IMG/VR virus record: IMGVR_UViG_3300024259_000042
Location: 1-55,789 of that record
Source of the DNA: a virus
Taxonomy: Duplodnaviria; Caudoviricetes
DNA length: 55,789 nt
Strand: one strand, 5' to 3'
The position numbers and the translations under genes are program-made. This document shows, piece after piece, positions 37,936-46,534 of the stretch (positions within the stretch are counted from its first letter, which is position 1; each line of letters starts with the position of its first letter). A model generated the notes under the pieces. The model saw nothing but the letters and a program-made list of their open reading frames with translations, made no database searches and was not told the origin of the DNA.

Positions 37936-38366
37936 TAAAACCCATCCTCATAATAATCACCTGATTTCAATAATCCTATAAAATGTTTAATATCTATATA
38001 ACTATTAGCCCATAAGAATTTATTCAATACATTCTTAATAACCTCTTCATATTCTCTATTATTATATCTTATATATGTCATTACTTCATCTGAATTAACC
38101 ATTGACCATTTACCTTTAACTCTTTGAGCCATTCCAAATAAAGTTTTACCAGTTATATGAAGTTTATTATAAACTGTTTGATGTATTGCTTTTGAAGCAT
38201 CCCATACATATACATTCTTTTTTGAACCATCTAATATAAATCTTCCATACATAGATGCTTTAAGAAGTTTATTTATTTCACTTGTAGATGGATTCTTTAA
38301 AACCTCATATTTATTACCTATATAAGTTTCCATCCATTCTTCATTTATGTATTGTTTAAATCTCAT
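37935..38366 (-). CDS. Tagged protein, 'NPS-RFIAD-W' family
   Basis: MRFKQYINE; EVLKNPS...RFILD...YVWDA..AIH. Confidence 0.7.
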   Translation of the reverse strand: MRFKQYINEEWMETYIGNKYEVLKNPSTSEINKLLKASMYGRFILDGSKKNVYVWDASKAIHQTVYNKLHITGKTLFGMAQRVKGKWSMVNSDEVMTYIRYNNREYEEVIKNVLNKFLWANSYIDIKHFIGLLKSGDYYEDGF

Positions 38367-38920
38367 TATGATACTAATCCTTGTAAAGACCTTTCAAATT
38401 TAGCTAATGCTTGTAATTCTGCATCTGTATCACCCATACGTTTTAAAGTTATTTTCATATCCTTTAGAGTATTTGATATATATTCAGCATCCTTTAACCA
38501 ATTGGTATAGGATGTTACTTCAATACCAAAAGCTGATTGAAATATATGTCTTATATGTGAGGATACACCAACAGTAGATTTATCTATTTGTAACAACATG
38601 TTAGTTACATCTTTTTTCTTAATTCTTTTAAATACTTGTTTGGCATCTTGTGTGAGTTCCTTTCTGGAGGCATTATCTTTTATATCAGTAAGCATGAATA
38701 GAGCAGCATATCTTAATAAATCTTCCACACCTGTATTGATACCTTTAAAATAGTCAACTAAAGACTTTGATCTTTTAACTTTAAATCCTATTTTTTTACC
38801 AGCTTGTGACAATTTCTTTAATGTATCATCCTTTAATTCATTTAGTTCTAATGATTCACATAAAACTAAATAATCCTTTAAAAAGGAAGATTTATCATTT
38901 AAATAATTCTCAAATCTCAT
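38366..38920 (-). CDS. Tagged helical protein
   Basis: MRFENYLND (start 38920, TAATG overlap). Confidence 0.65.
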   Translation of the reverse strand: MRFENYLNDKSSFLKDYLVLCESLELNELKDDTLKKLSQAGKKIGFKVKRSKSLVDYFKGINTGVEDLLRYAALFMLTDIKDNASRKELTQDAKQVFKRIKKKDVTNMLLQIDKSTVGVSSHIRHIFQSAFGIEVTSYTNWLKDAEYISNTLKDMKITLKRMGDTDAELQALAKFERSLQGLVS

Positions 38921-39420
38921 TACGAATGTCTCCTTAACCATTTTGTTATATTTATATATCTATTCAGCCATTTAAAGTTTTCTGAAATTTTATTAAAATC
39001 CACTGTACCATAATTCTTATCATCATAACTTACACCATTTGGGTTAGGTTTAGATAATTTTATTTGTTGATTGTTCATACCACTCAGTTCATCACTTGAA
39101 TCCATTACCCATTTAGAGCCTTGTTTTTCAGCAACACCCCAGATCAATTCATTAGTAGCCATTAAATCCATGTCTTCCCTGTTTTTCCCAACAAATTTTT
39201 TCTTATACCATACATCACTATGAAGTGCCGCATCAGCATCCCAAACCCATAAATCTTCATCATCATAATCAGCAATGAATCTTATTGGATCACCGTTGGC
39301 AGCATCTTGTAAGTCTTTTAATTCAATAGGTTGACCAAACAATTCAAAAGTATCCCTACTTCTACCTATTCTAGGCATTCTGGATATATATTCTTCATTT
39401 ATATATTTTAATAATCTCAT
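38920..39420 (-). CDS. Tagged protein, 'NPS-RFIAD-W' family
   Basis: MRLLKYINE; IRFIAD...WVWDADAALHSDVW...WGVAEK. Confidence 0.7.
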   Translation of the reverse strand: MRLLKYINEEYISRMPRIGRSRDTFELFGQPIELKDLQDAANGDPIRFIADYDDEDLWVWDADAALHSDVWYKKKFVGKNREDMDLMATNELIWGVAEKQGSKWVMDSSDELSGMNNQQIKLSKPNPNGVSYDDKNYGTVDFNKISENFKWLNRYINITKWLRRHS

Positions 39421-40001
39421 TATTCTTTTTCCATATGATCATCAAGTTTCTTATTTAATTTATTTATTAGTTCTTTAATTTGATCAGGTTTTGTTAATAG
39501 TTGGTTATGATCCTTATTAAATATAACCATTTCATTATTAATCATAGTCTCAATAGAATGACTTACAATAAAATATGCTCCACCCATCAAACCAGCAGCA
39601 ATAACTACAACATATATCATTTTTGTTACTTTTTTAGATACAGAATCAACCGTATCTTTAATCTCAGTCAATAAAACTTTAGAATCTTTAATCTTAGTTC
39701 TCGCAGGTGTACTAGTTTTTTCATGTGTATCCAAATCTGTATGAATAACTTCCAATTTATCCTTAATATCCCTCATACCACCAGCAGGATTCACAGTTAA
39801 GATTTGTTTATCATGTTCATCCAACGCAGATTGCAACTCTCTTATTAAATCTTCAATTTCTTGATGACTAGGTGAGGAAGCACTATCCAATAAACTTCTA
39901 ACCACAGAAGATAAATCCTCTATTTGTTTATCTGTCTTATCACAAGAAGATTTGACTTGATCAAATAATTTCATGACAATTTGTATATTATTATTATCCA
40001 T
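39420..40001 (-). CDS. Coiled-coil protein with one TM helix
   Basis: MIYVVVIAAGLMGGAYFIV. Confidence 0.65.
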   Translation of the reverse strand: MDNNNIQIVMKLFDQVKSSCDKTDKQIEDLSSVVRSLLDSASSPSHQEIEDLIRELQSALDEHDKQILTVNPAGGMRDIKDKLEVIHTDLDTHEKTSTPARTKIKDSKVLLTEIKDTVDSVSKKVTKMIYVVVIAAGLMGGAYFIVSHSIETMINNEMVIFNKDHNQLLTKPDQIKELINKLNKKLDDHMEKE

Positions 40002-40010
40002 ATATCCTTT

Positions 40011-40418
40011 TTAGTTACAGTCAGCTATAGAGTTCAATGTTATTAATAGTAATTGGAGATCAATTGGTTTAGAATATAATGCGACAATACCTAATTTATT
40101 TGCTTTTACTTTAATATCAGGTGATGAATATCCACTAACAACTATTGTTTTACATGGAATTAAATGAGTTTCTATTATATCAAATCCTTCAAATTTATTA
40201 ACCTTTGTAAGTCCTTCTTCTGATGATGAAGGTACACATAAATCTACTATAAAGCAATCCCAATAATCAACACCTTTCTCATCTATTGCTTTTTTAGCAG
40301 AATATATATCATTAAAACAATCAACGTCATATTTACGTTCATATGTTTCCAAGAATCTTTTGTATATATCACATAATTCTGCCATATCTTCTAATATTAA
40401 TACTTTTTTATTTCCCAT
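40011..40418 (-). CDS. Single-domain response-regulator receiver (CheY-like)
   Basis: VLILED, FIVDL.VP (phosphoacceptor Asp), VVSG, YSKP. Confidence 0.85.
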   Translation of the reverse strand: MGNKKVLILEDMAELCDIYKRFLETYERKYDVDCFNDIYSAKKAIDEKGVDYWDCFIVDLCVPSSSEEGLTKVNKFEGFDIIETHLIPCKTIVVSGYSSPDIKVKANKLGIVALYSKPIDLQLLLITLNSIADCN

Positions 40419-40885
40419 TATACCATTGCTCCATTTATATCTAAATTGAGCATTTCATACATTTCTTTATTGTTCTGTTCTAACTTTAATGCTCGTATAT
40501 CTTGTTCCTTCTTCCACGCATCTATCTTTCCATCTATTATCTTTGATACTTCATTACCCTTTATTCTCCTTTCAGTTATATCTGAAGCTATAACTAGGGT
40601 TCCTTCAAATAATGAATTACCTGTAAATATAGGCATACTGGAATATTGTAACCATATTTCATTATCATCCACTTGTATCTTCGTGGTTTTATCCTCCTCA
40701 TATCCTTCTATTTCTATGGGACATTTAATGTCACCATTTTTTCTCATTTTCTTAAAAAAATCAAATGCCAAGCTATTAGCAAAAATAAGATTGTTATATC
40801 TATCCTTTACCCATACTAAATGATTAATATCATCAATAACCTTTGATATATATTCACATCTTTCAAGTCCTTTTAATAGAGGCAT
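40418..40885 (-). CDS. PAS/PAC domain protein
   Basis: LVWVKDRYNNLIFAN; W.....PI......GTLVIASDITERR. Confidence 0.75.
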   Translation of the reverse strand: MPLLKGLERCEYISKVIDDINHLVWVKDRYNNLIFANSLAFDFFKKMRKNGDIKCPIEIEGYEEDKTTKIQVDDNEIWLQYSSMPIFTGNSLFEGTLVIASDITERRIKGNEVSKIIDGKIDAWKKEQDIRALKLEQNNKEMYEMLNLDINGAMV

Positions 40886-41557
40886 TTATTTAATCTCCTT
40901 TAGTTTTCCTGATGGTAGTACCAATAATCCATAGAAGGATATAATAGGTAATTGCTCATCATCTTGTATATTATGTTTATCTTTCACCCTGTCTAAAATT
41001 GTTTGAGGTATTGTATGCTTAATGGTAAGAAATTCTTTAATATTTGCTAAATGATCATCTATAAGTCTAACCCTTCTATAATCACCAGATTTCAAATACT
41101 TTAAGATTATTTTTTTCTTTTTTTGTGCTGTTGAGCCATCCTTTACATTTCCTGCTCTTTCAACATACATATTATCAATAGGTATATTATGGTCTCTGAA
41201 TGTATTTAGAAATTCTTTCTTATTATCGAAGTCAGTCCTAGCGGTTAAAATCATTATTTTTGATTCTCTTTTATCTATATTCTTAATCATTCGTTTTATT
41301 CTATTAACTGTTTGAGGTATTGGTATGGCTGTTTTTCTAAAGATTTCAGCACTTCTAAATTCACCAAAATTGAATTTTTCACCAGGTTCCAATTTATATG
41401 AATTAAATTCTTGGTTGGTTAACTTTTTAGTAATCTTATTATCCTTCAGAACATATATTTTTGAAAAGGTTTTAAATATAGTTTCATCCAAGTCAATGAA
41501 TGTTATACCTTTCCCATAATCAGATGATAATTCGTTTAAAAAATTCTGCAATCTCAT
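40886..41557 (-). CDS. Tagged HAD-family phosphatase (PNKP-phosphatase-like)
   Basis: MRLQNFLNE; DLDET, LTAR, K, IDD...N motifs. Confidence 0.75.
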   Translation of the reverse strand: MRLQNFLNELSSDYGKGITFIDLDETIFKTFSKIYVLKDNKITKKLTNQEFNSYKLEPGEKFNFGEFRSAEIFRKTAIPIPQTVNRIKRMIKNIDKRESKIMILTARTDFDNKKEFLNTFRDHNIPIDNMYVERAGNVKDGSTAQKKKKIILKYLKSGDYRRVRLIDDHLANIKEFLTIKHTIPQTILDRVKDKHNIQDDEQLPIISFYGLLVLPSGKLKEIK

Positions 41558-41591
41558 ATACTAAACTCCTTTAAATAATTTTCCTCAATAG

Positions 41592-41635
41592 TATTTATAT
41601 TTATTTGTCTAAATATATAAATAGATATATAAATA
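41592..41635. promoter_or_regulatory. Divergent T4-type late promoters
   Basis: TATAAATA on minus (41599-41592) and plus (41616-41623, 41628-41635) at the strand switch. Confidence 0.7.
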
Positions 41636-41650
41636 TAGTTGGAGGGAACT

Positions 41651-42190
41651 ATGACAAGATTAAAACAATATATGGTTGATGAATCTGCCGCATCTGGTGG
41701 TGTTCAAAAATACTTCAAAAAGTTAGTTAAAATGAAACCAGGTAAAGCTGAAAAACTTATGAAAAAAAGTTGGAGTGATTTGAGTACCATATTGAAATCA
41801 AGACTATTAGAAGATGATGCGGTAAAGATTATAAATAAACATCTTGGTACAAAGTTTAGACGTTTAATAGAAATTGATAAAGCTGCCATAGCATCACTTC
41901 CCTCTGTTAGAATGAATGAAGATTTAAAACATTATTGGGATTTTATTAAAGGTGAAGCATTTCCAGCTTTATCATTTTATCCCGCATTGACTGCTTGGAT
42001 GGAACTTGATAAATTAATAAGTTCTACTGGTGATTTCGATGGTACAAAATTTGGAGTATATGCTCTATTTTGGGTGATATTATTAAGTAGTAAGTTTTTA
42101 AATTTATGGAAAAAATGGAAAAAGAATAATCCTAAAGAATTTGAAAAGGAAGGTTCACGAAGAAATCCATTTGCTGTAGGTAAGAAATAA
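41651..42190 (+). CDS. Tagged protein with C-terminal hydrophobic helices
   Basis: MTRLKQYMVDE after GGAGG; FGVYALFWVILLSS. Confidence 0.65.
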   Translation: MTRLKQYMVDESAASGGVQKYFKKLVKMKPGKAEKLMKKSWSDLSTILKSRLLEDDAVKIINKHLGTKFRRLIEIDKAAIASLPSVRMNEDLKHYWDFIKGEAFPALSFYPALTAWMELDKLISSTGDFDGTKFGVYALFWVILLSSKFLNLWKKWKKNNPKEFEKEGSRRNPFAVGKK

Positions 42191-42387
42191 TGGACCTATT
42201 AGAACATTTAGATAAATATATTAAGCATTCAGATATAGTAGACACTGTTAATACTATAGGTATAATGGATATGAATGAAATTGTCGAATATATTGCCAAT
42301 GGTGGTGATAAGGATTTGATATTATCCAATGTGGATATAGATAAAAGAAAGGAAATTGAGGAATTGATAGAAGGAGGAATTTTATAA
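42190..42387 (+). CDS. Small protein, weak tag variant
   Basis: MDLLEHLDKYI; TAATG overlap. Confidence 0.55.
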   Translation: MDLLEHLDKYIKHSDIVDTVNTIGIMDMNEIVEYIANGGDKDLILSNVDIDKRKEIEELIEGGIL

Positions 42388-42602
42388 TGGCTGGTGAAAT
42401 ATTACAACAATTATCAACATTATTTGGTGGAGCTACAGATGATGGTATGTTCGGCACCAAACCAGTATTTGAAGAAGCGATGTTCGATAAGATGTTTCAT
42501 TTCATTGTATCTTTGAATCCTGAACAACTTTCAGAAGAACAAAAAGAAAATATCTTTAATATGCTTGAAGAAATAGAAATCGAATATGATGATATAGATT
42601 AA
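42387..42602 (+). CDS. Small acidic protein
   Basis: GGAGG SD. Confidence 0.55.
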   Translation: MAGEILQQLSTLFGGATDDGMFGTKPVFEEAMFDKMFHFIVSLNPEQLSEEQKENIFNMLEEIEIEYDDID

Positions 42603-42604
42603 TT

Positions 42605-43057
42605 ATGCATAATATAAAAGATGTAAGAGGTAAACAACAATATATACCTCGTGATCCTGTTAAGTATGTAGGTAAATACCCTATTATAATTAGAAGTTCC
42701 TATGAAAGGAAGTTCTTCCAATGGTGTGATGCTAATCCTAAGGTATTAGAATGGAGTTCTGAATCTATAGTTATACAATACTTTGACCCTGTTAAGAATA
42801 AAAGGAGAAGATATTATCCTGATGTATATATGCTGGTGAAGGGTAGAGAGAAAAACCAACAATTCGTAATTGAAATAAAACCATTTAAAGAGACCCATCC
42901 ACCTATAAATAGAGGAAAGAAAAAGAAGAAAACTCTATTATATGAAGAAAGAACATTTGCAACTAATAATGCTAAATGGAAGGCAGCTATCAACTGGTGC
43001 AGCAAAATGGGAATGGTATTTAAGATTATTACTGAAAGGGAATTGTTTGGGAAATAA
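42605..43057 (+). CDS. 4: Head completion nuclease (T4 gp4-like, TnsA-type)
   Basis: P.KY.G, RSSYERKFFQWCD.NP.V..WSSE, RRYYPD, IEIKP, N.AKW.AA, FKIITE. Confidence 0.9.
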   Translation: MHNIKDVRGKQQYIPRDPVKYVGKYPIIIRSSYERKFFQWCDANPKVLEWSSESIVIQYFDPVKNKRRRYYPDVYMLVKGREKNQQFVIEIKPFKETHPPINRGKKKKKTLLYEERTFATNNAKWKAAINWCSKMGMVFKIITERELFGK

Positions 43058-43068
43058 AGGATTGTTAT

Positions 43069-43602
43069 ATGAAATTTAATGAGTGGATGGAATGTGAATT
43101 AATATTTGAAATTACTATAAATATTAATGATCCTAATATTAAGAAATTGAAAAGAGGTCTATGGGAGATTAGGTTTAAAGGTGATATATACCATTTCATT
43201 GTAGATCCTTTAAGATTACTTGATGGTACTGGAGGATTTAAAATTGAATGGGGTTTACTTAAAGATAATGGTGAATTAAGTACAGATATTGTAGGCGGTA
43301 CAAAAAATATGGTAGGCCTTTTTAGTAAAATAGGTTCTTGTATGGCTTTATTTATAAGGTATGAAAAACCTAAAGCATTTGTAATGTATGCCCATAGAAA
43401 ATTAGCTAGAATATATGATACTATGTGGGGTAAGTATAACAAGACAGATGTTTTTGGTGGATATTTTCTTAGAGATAGGAAAAAGTATAAAAAACCTAAT
43501 GGTGAAGATATGTATGCCTATCATTATTATAAAAAAATTGATGATTATATGAATGAAAGTCAATGGATTGAAGTGTTAAAATTATTTGGTAGTGGAAAAT
43601 GA
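43069..43602 (+). CDS. Tagged protein, probable distant 'ELFDT' family member
   Basis: MKFNEWMECE; IVGGTKNMVGLFSKI..C...F......P. Confidence 0.55.
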   Translation: MKFNEWMECELIFEITININDPNIKKLKRGLWEIRFKGDIYHFIVDPLRLLDGTGGFKIEWGLLKDNGELSTDIVGGTKNMVGLFSKIGSCMALFIRYEKPKAFVMYAHRKLARIYDTMWGKYNKTDVFGGYFLRDRKKYKKPNGEDMYAYHYYKKIDDYMNESQWIEVLKLFGSGK

Positions 43603-44063
43603 TTGATTTATTAATAGAAAAATATCTAGGTAGAGCAGAAACAGGTATGGGTTGGAAAGAAAGTCCTGGTGGTGAAGTGTTTGTTAATCCATCTAATTCT
43701 GAACTCAATGATGCTGGTGGTTCTGATAAGATAGTAAGATTTATTGCTGATAGTAAAGCAAAAAAACTATATGTATGGTATTATAAGGGCGGATATCATC
43801 AAGATGTAGATGAAGAATTTGCAGGTAGTACAGAATCAGGTTTAGATGATTTTGATGCTCTATGGGGTGTTGCTAAAAAAGAAAAGGGAAAATGGTATTT
43901 TTTTGTAAGTGATTCACAAGGTTTTCCTACAGGTTCCATACATTCTGACAATATAAAAAAATGGACTGATAAATATAAATGGTTACAATCCAATTTTAAT
44001 GTTACAAGATGGTTTACAGATAGTGATTGGAGAAAGGAAATGAAAAGAGGTAAATGGGTATAA
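43599..44063 (+). CDS. 'NPS-RFIAD-W' family protein with tag variant
   Basis: MIDLLIEKYL; EVFVNPS..EL...VRFIAD...LYVW...H; LWGVAKK. Confidence 0.7.
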   Translation: MIDLLIEKYLGRAETGMGWKESPGGEVFVNPSNSELNDAGGSDKIVRFIADSKAKKLYVWYYKGGYHQDVDEEFAGSTESGLDDFDALWGVAKKEKGKWYFFVSDSQGFPTGSIHSDNIKKWTDKYKWLQSNFNVTRWFTDSDWRKEMKRGKWV

Positions 44064-44156
44064 ATAAATAGGAGGACAGGGGGTTGCTCCCTTGGTGGGA
44101 TACTTTATCTATTCTACCTTACTCCAAATAAATCTTGATAAAGGAGATTAATTATG
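44059..44156 (+). promoter_or_regulatory. Late promoter plus structured RNA leader, copy 2
   Basis: TATAAATA (44059-44066), then homologue of 5623-5718; loop CTTTATC (44103-44109) complements GATAAAG (44137-44143) at the SD. Confidence 0.7.
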
Positions 44157-44969
44157 ATAATATATAAAGCTACAAATAAAATTAATGGTAAATGTTATAT
44201 AGGTAAAACTACAAAAAATTTGAAAACTAGAAAAAAGCAACATATCCAAGATTCAAAAAAGAGTAAATATTATTTTCACAGAGCCATAAATAAATACGGT
44301 TCTGATAATTTTCAATGGGAAATAATAGAAAAATGTAAAAATGAGAGTAAATTATCAGAAAGGGAGGAATTTTGGATAGAAAAGAATGGTGATTATAATA
44401 TCATAAAAACATCAAGAGGTCCAGGATGCAATGGATATAAAAATAATCCGAGAATAGATGAAATTAAAGAAACTATAAGTAAAGGTGTATTAAAAGCTTT
44501 AGAAGATGATCCTTCTATAAGACAAAGAATAAGTGAAGGTAGAAAAAAAGCTATGTTGGAACCTGGTGTAAGAGAAAGATATAAAAAAGCGGCTAAAAAA
44601 AGATGTAATACAAAAGAATGGAAAGAAAAACAATCTATAATAGCTAAAAAACAAATGACGGATGAGAAAAAGAAGCTAATGTTAAATGGCCTTAAAAAGA
44701 AATATGCCGATAAACAATTTTTGGATTATTTGGATAAAAAACAGAGAGAACCTGGCGGAGCATATAGTAAGGAAGTAATCAGAAAGAGATCAAATAGTAA
44801 AGCTGAAGATTGGTTTATATGGAATGATAAAGGTGAGGAATATACAATAAAAAATCTGAGTAATTTTTGTAAAGAACATAATCTTTCAAATTCATCTATG
44901 AGTATGATTGCATCAGGAAAAAGAAATGTTCACAAAGGATGGAAATGTAGGAAATTGAATGGCTATTAG
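44154..44969 (+). CDS. GIY-YIG homing endonuclease
   Basis: IIYKATNKINGKCYIGKT, R...H, RAINKYG, ERE..WI, YN; C-terminal NL..FCKEH.L...HKGW. Confidence 0.88.
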   Translation: MIIYKATNKINGKCYIGKTTKNLKTRKKQHIQDSKKSKYYFHRAINKYGSDNFQWEIIEKCKNESKLSEREEFWIEKNGDYNIIKTSRGPGCNGYKNNPRIDEIKETISKGVLKALEDDPSIRQRISEGRKKAMLEPGVRERYKKAAKKRCNTKEWKEKQSIIAKKQMTDEKKKLMLNGLKKKYADKQFLDYLDKKQREPGGAYSKEVIRKRSNSKAEDWFIWNDKGEEYTIKNLSNFCKEHNLSNSSMSMIASGKRNVHKGWKCRKLNGY

Positions 44970-45471
44970 ACGAATCTATAGGAAGAAATTCCATGGTGTA
45001 ATGTTGAAGAGTGGCTATATCTATACCTTTAAATATCAAGCCTGGGCTAACGATCCTACCCCAGTTATAATTTTTATGTATAGCCTAGAAGGTAATCATC
45101 CTAACACAGGCCACCAGTTTCGTTTCCTACAAGCAATCAATTTTACCTATATTCCTAAATCAATGAGAAGGACATTTGCTAATGAATGGGCTAGAGTATT
45201 TGAAGCAACTAATGGTAATGTTAGATTTACTTGGGATATAGTTAAAAGAAGATATCCCTATCTGAAACATGCTGTAAGACGATACTTCATTAAGCCTAAC
45301 TATTATATAAGTAAATTACAAGAGATTCCATTTGAAGATATGGAGAAGGTAATAGTATCAACGTGGAGTAAAGATTTTAGTAAGAAAGTTAAGGTATCCT
45401 TATTACAAAAATTCCGTTCAGCTATGAGGGGTAGAAAAGAAATAAAAAGAAAAGCAAGAAGATGGATATAA
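44959..45471 (+). CDS. 2: DNA end-protector-like protein (T4 gp2-like)
   Basis: G.IYTFKY, D.TP.II, AINFTYIP..MR, A.RRY pattern; near gp4. Confidence 0.6.
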   Translation: MAIRRIYRKKFHGVMLKSGYIYTFKYQAWANDPTPVIIFMYSLEGNHPNTGHQFRFLQAINFTYIPKSMRRTFANEWARVFEATNGNVRFTWDIVKRRYPYLKHAVRRYFIKPNYYISKLQEIPFEDMEKVIVSTWSKDFSKKVKVSLLQKFRSAMRGRKEIKRKARRWI

Positions 45472-45506
45472 ATAGAGGAAGGAGATAACAATTATGGATA
45501 TAAATA
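45467..45506 (+). promoter_or_regulatory. Tandem late promoters
   Basis: TATAAATA at 45467-45474 and 45499-45506. Confidence 0.6.
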
Positions 45507-45531
45507 ATAAAACAGAAGGAGAAAAACCCAA

Positions 45532-45984
45532 ATGCCTACATATACAAATAGTTCCGCAGGTTTAGTTCAATTCGGTGATGTAACTTTTGGTGGTAATGAA
45601 GTTAAAGGATTATATAGTTACCTAGACCTTAGCAAAGAAACATCAGGATACATTAGTTTAACAAGTGCTACACCATATTTTAACCCAGCTAATTGGACCC
45701 ATTCACCTACTTCAGCAGAAGCTAGTATTACATTAGTGAGTTGGCAAGAAACTGAAGGTGTGGAAATATATAACACAAGTGCTAATCTTATCACTGTATT
45801 TTTAACTGAAACTGCTAATACACCAGGTATTGTTGTACCTGCTAATTCAGTAAGATATATATGGGGATTCAAAGGTGGAGTAAAAACAATTGCATTTACA
45901 TATAGTGGTGCGGTGAATGCTGGTGAGATGTATGTTACTGAATTAAGAAATAGGGATAATCTTAGTTTAAAAATGGTGAGTTAA
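45532..45984 (+). CDS. Probable virion structural protein
   Basis: MPTYTN start; Ser/Thr-rich beta protein; late promoter. Confidence 0.6.
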   Translation: MPTYTNSSAGLVQFGDVTFGGNEVKGLYSYLDLSKETSGYISLTSATPYFNPANWTHSPTSAEASITLVSWQETEGVEIYNTSANLITVFLTETANTPGIVVPANSVRYIWGFKGGVKTIAFTYSGAVNAGEMYVTELRNRDNLSLKMVS

Positions 45985-45985
45985 A

Positions 45986-46207
45986 ATGGCTAATGTTTTC
46001 CTCCAATTTCTTGAGGAAGATAACGGTAATCTAAGTGCTATGAGGTTACTTGTTTCATTGATACTAGTGGTTGTTTTATTTAATTGGACCTATATAACTA
46101 TATTGACGGGTAACTTTGTGGGTTTAAATGTTGCTGATATAATGTTAATACTGGGTCCTTTACTTGCTAAATCATATCAAAAAGGAAAAGAAGAGAATGT
46201 TGGATAA
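45986..46207 (+). CDS. Two-TM small membrane protein (holin candidate)
   Basis: GNLSAMRL then two hydrophobic helices and a charged C-terminus. Confidence 0.5.
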   Translation: MANVFLQFLEEDNGNLSAMRLLVSLILVVVLFNWTYITILTGNFVGLNVADIMLILGPLLAKSYQKGKEENVG

Positions 46208-46508
46208 TACTACACAAACACTGACACAAGGTGAATATAGAGCAATTACCATAACTGTATTAGATCAGGACAATACTGCGGTTATACCTACTAGTGCTTC
46301 CACATTTAAGGTTACTGATGCTAATGGCGTTGAGGTATTAACTGAAGCTAATGCAACTGTAAGTAGTAATGATATGACTGGTGTAATTACAACTGCTGTG
46401 ACTGGAACGGTGGGTAAATACTATTTGATATGGAAGATATATGATAGTGATGGTTATATTTATTATCATAAGACTTTGCTACAGGTTGTAAGTTTATTAG
46501 CAACATAA
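46197..46508 (+). CDS. Ig-like/baseplate-type structural protein
   Basis: QGE...ITITVLD...G.YYLIWKI beta-strand pattern. Confidence 0.55.
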   Translation: MLDNTTQTLTQGEYRAITITVLDQDNTAVIPTSASTFKVTDANGVEVLTEANATVSSNDMTGVITTAVTGTVGKYYLIWKIYDSDGYIYYHKTLLQVVSLLAT

Positions 46509-46511
46509 AAA

Positions 46512-46529
46512 TATAAATAGGTATAAATA
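46512..46529 (+). promoter_or_regulatory. Tandem late promoters
   Basis: TATAAATA at 46512-46519 and 46522-46529. Confidence 0.65.
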
Positions 46530-46534
46530 GATAT

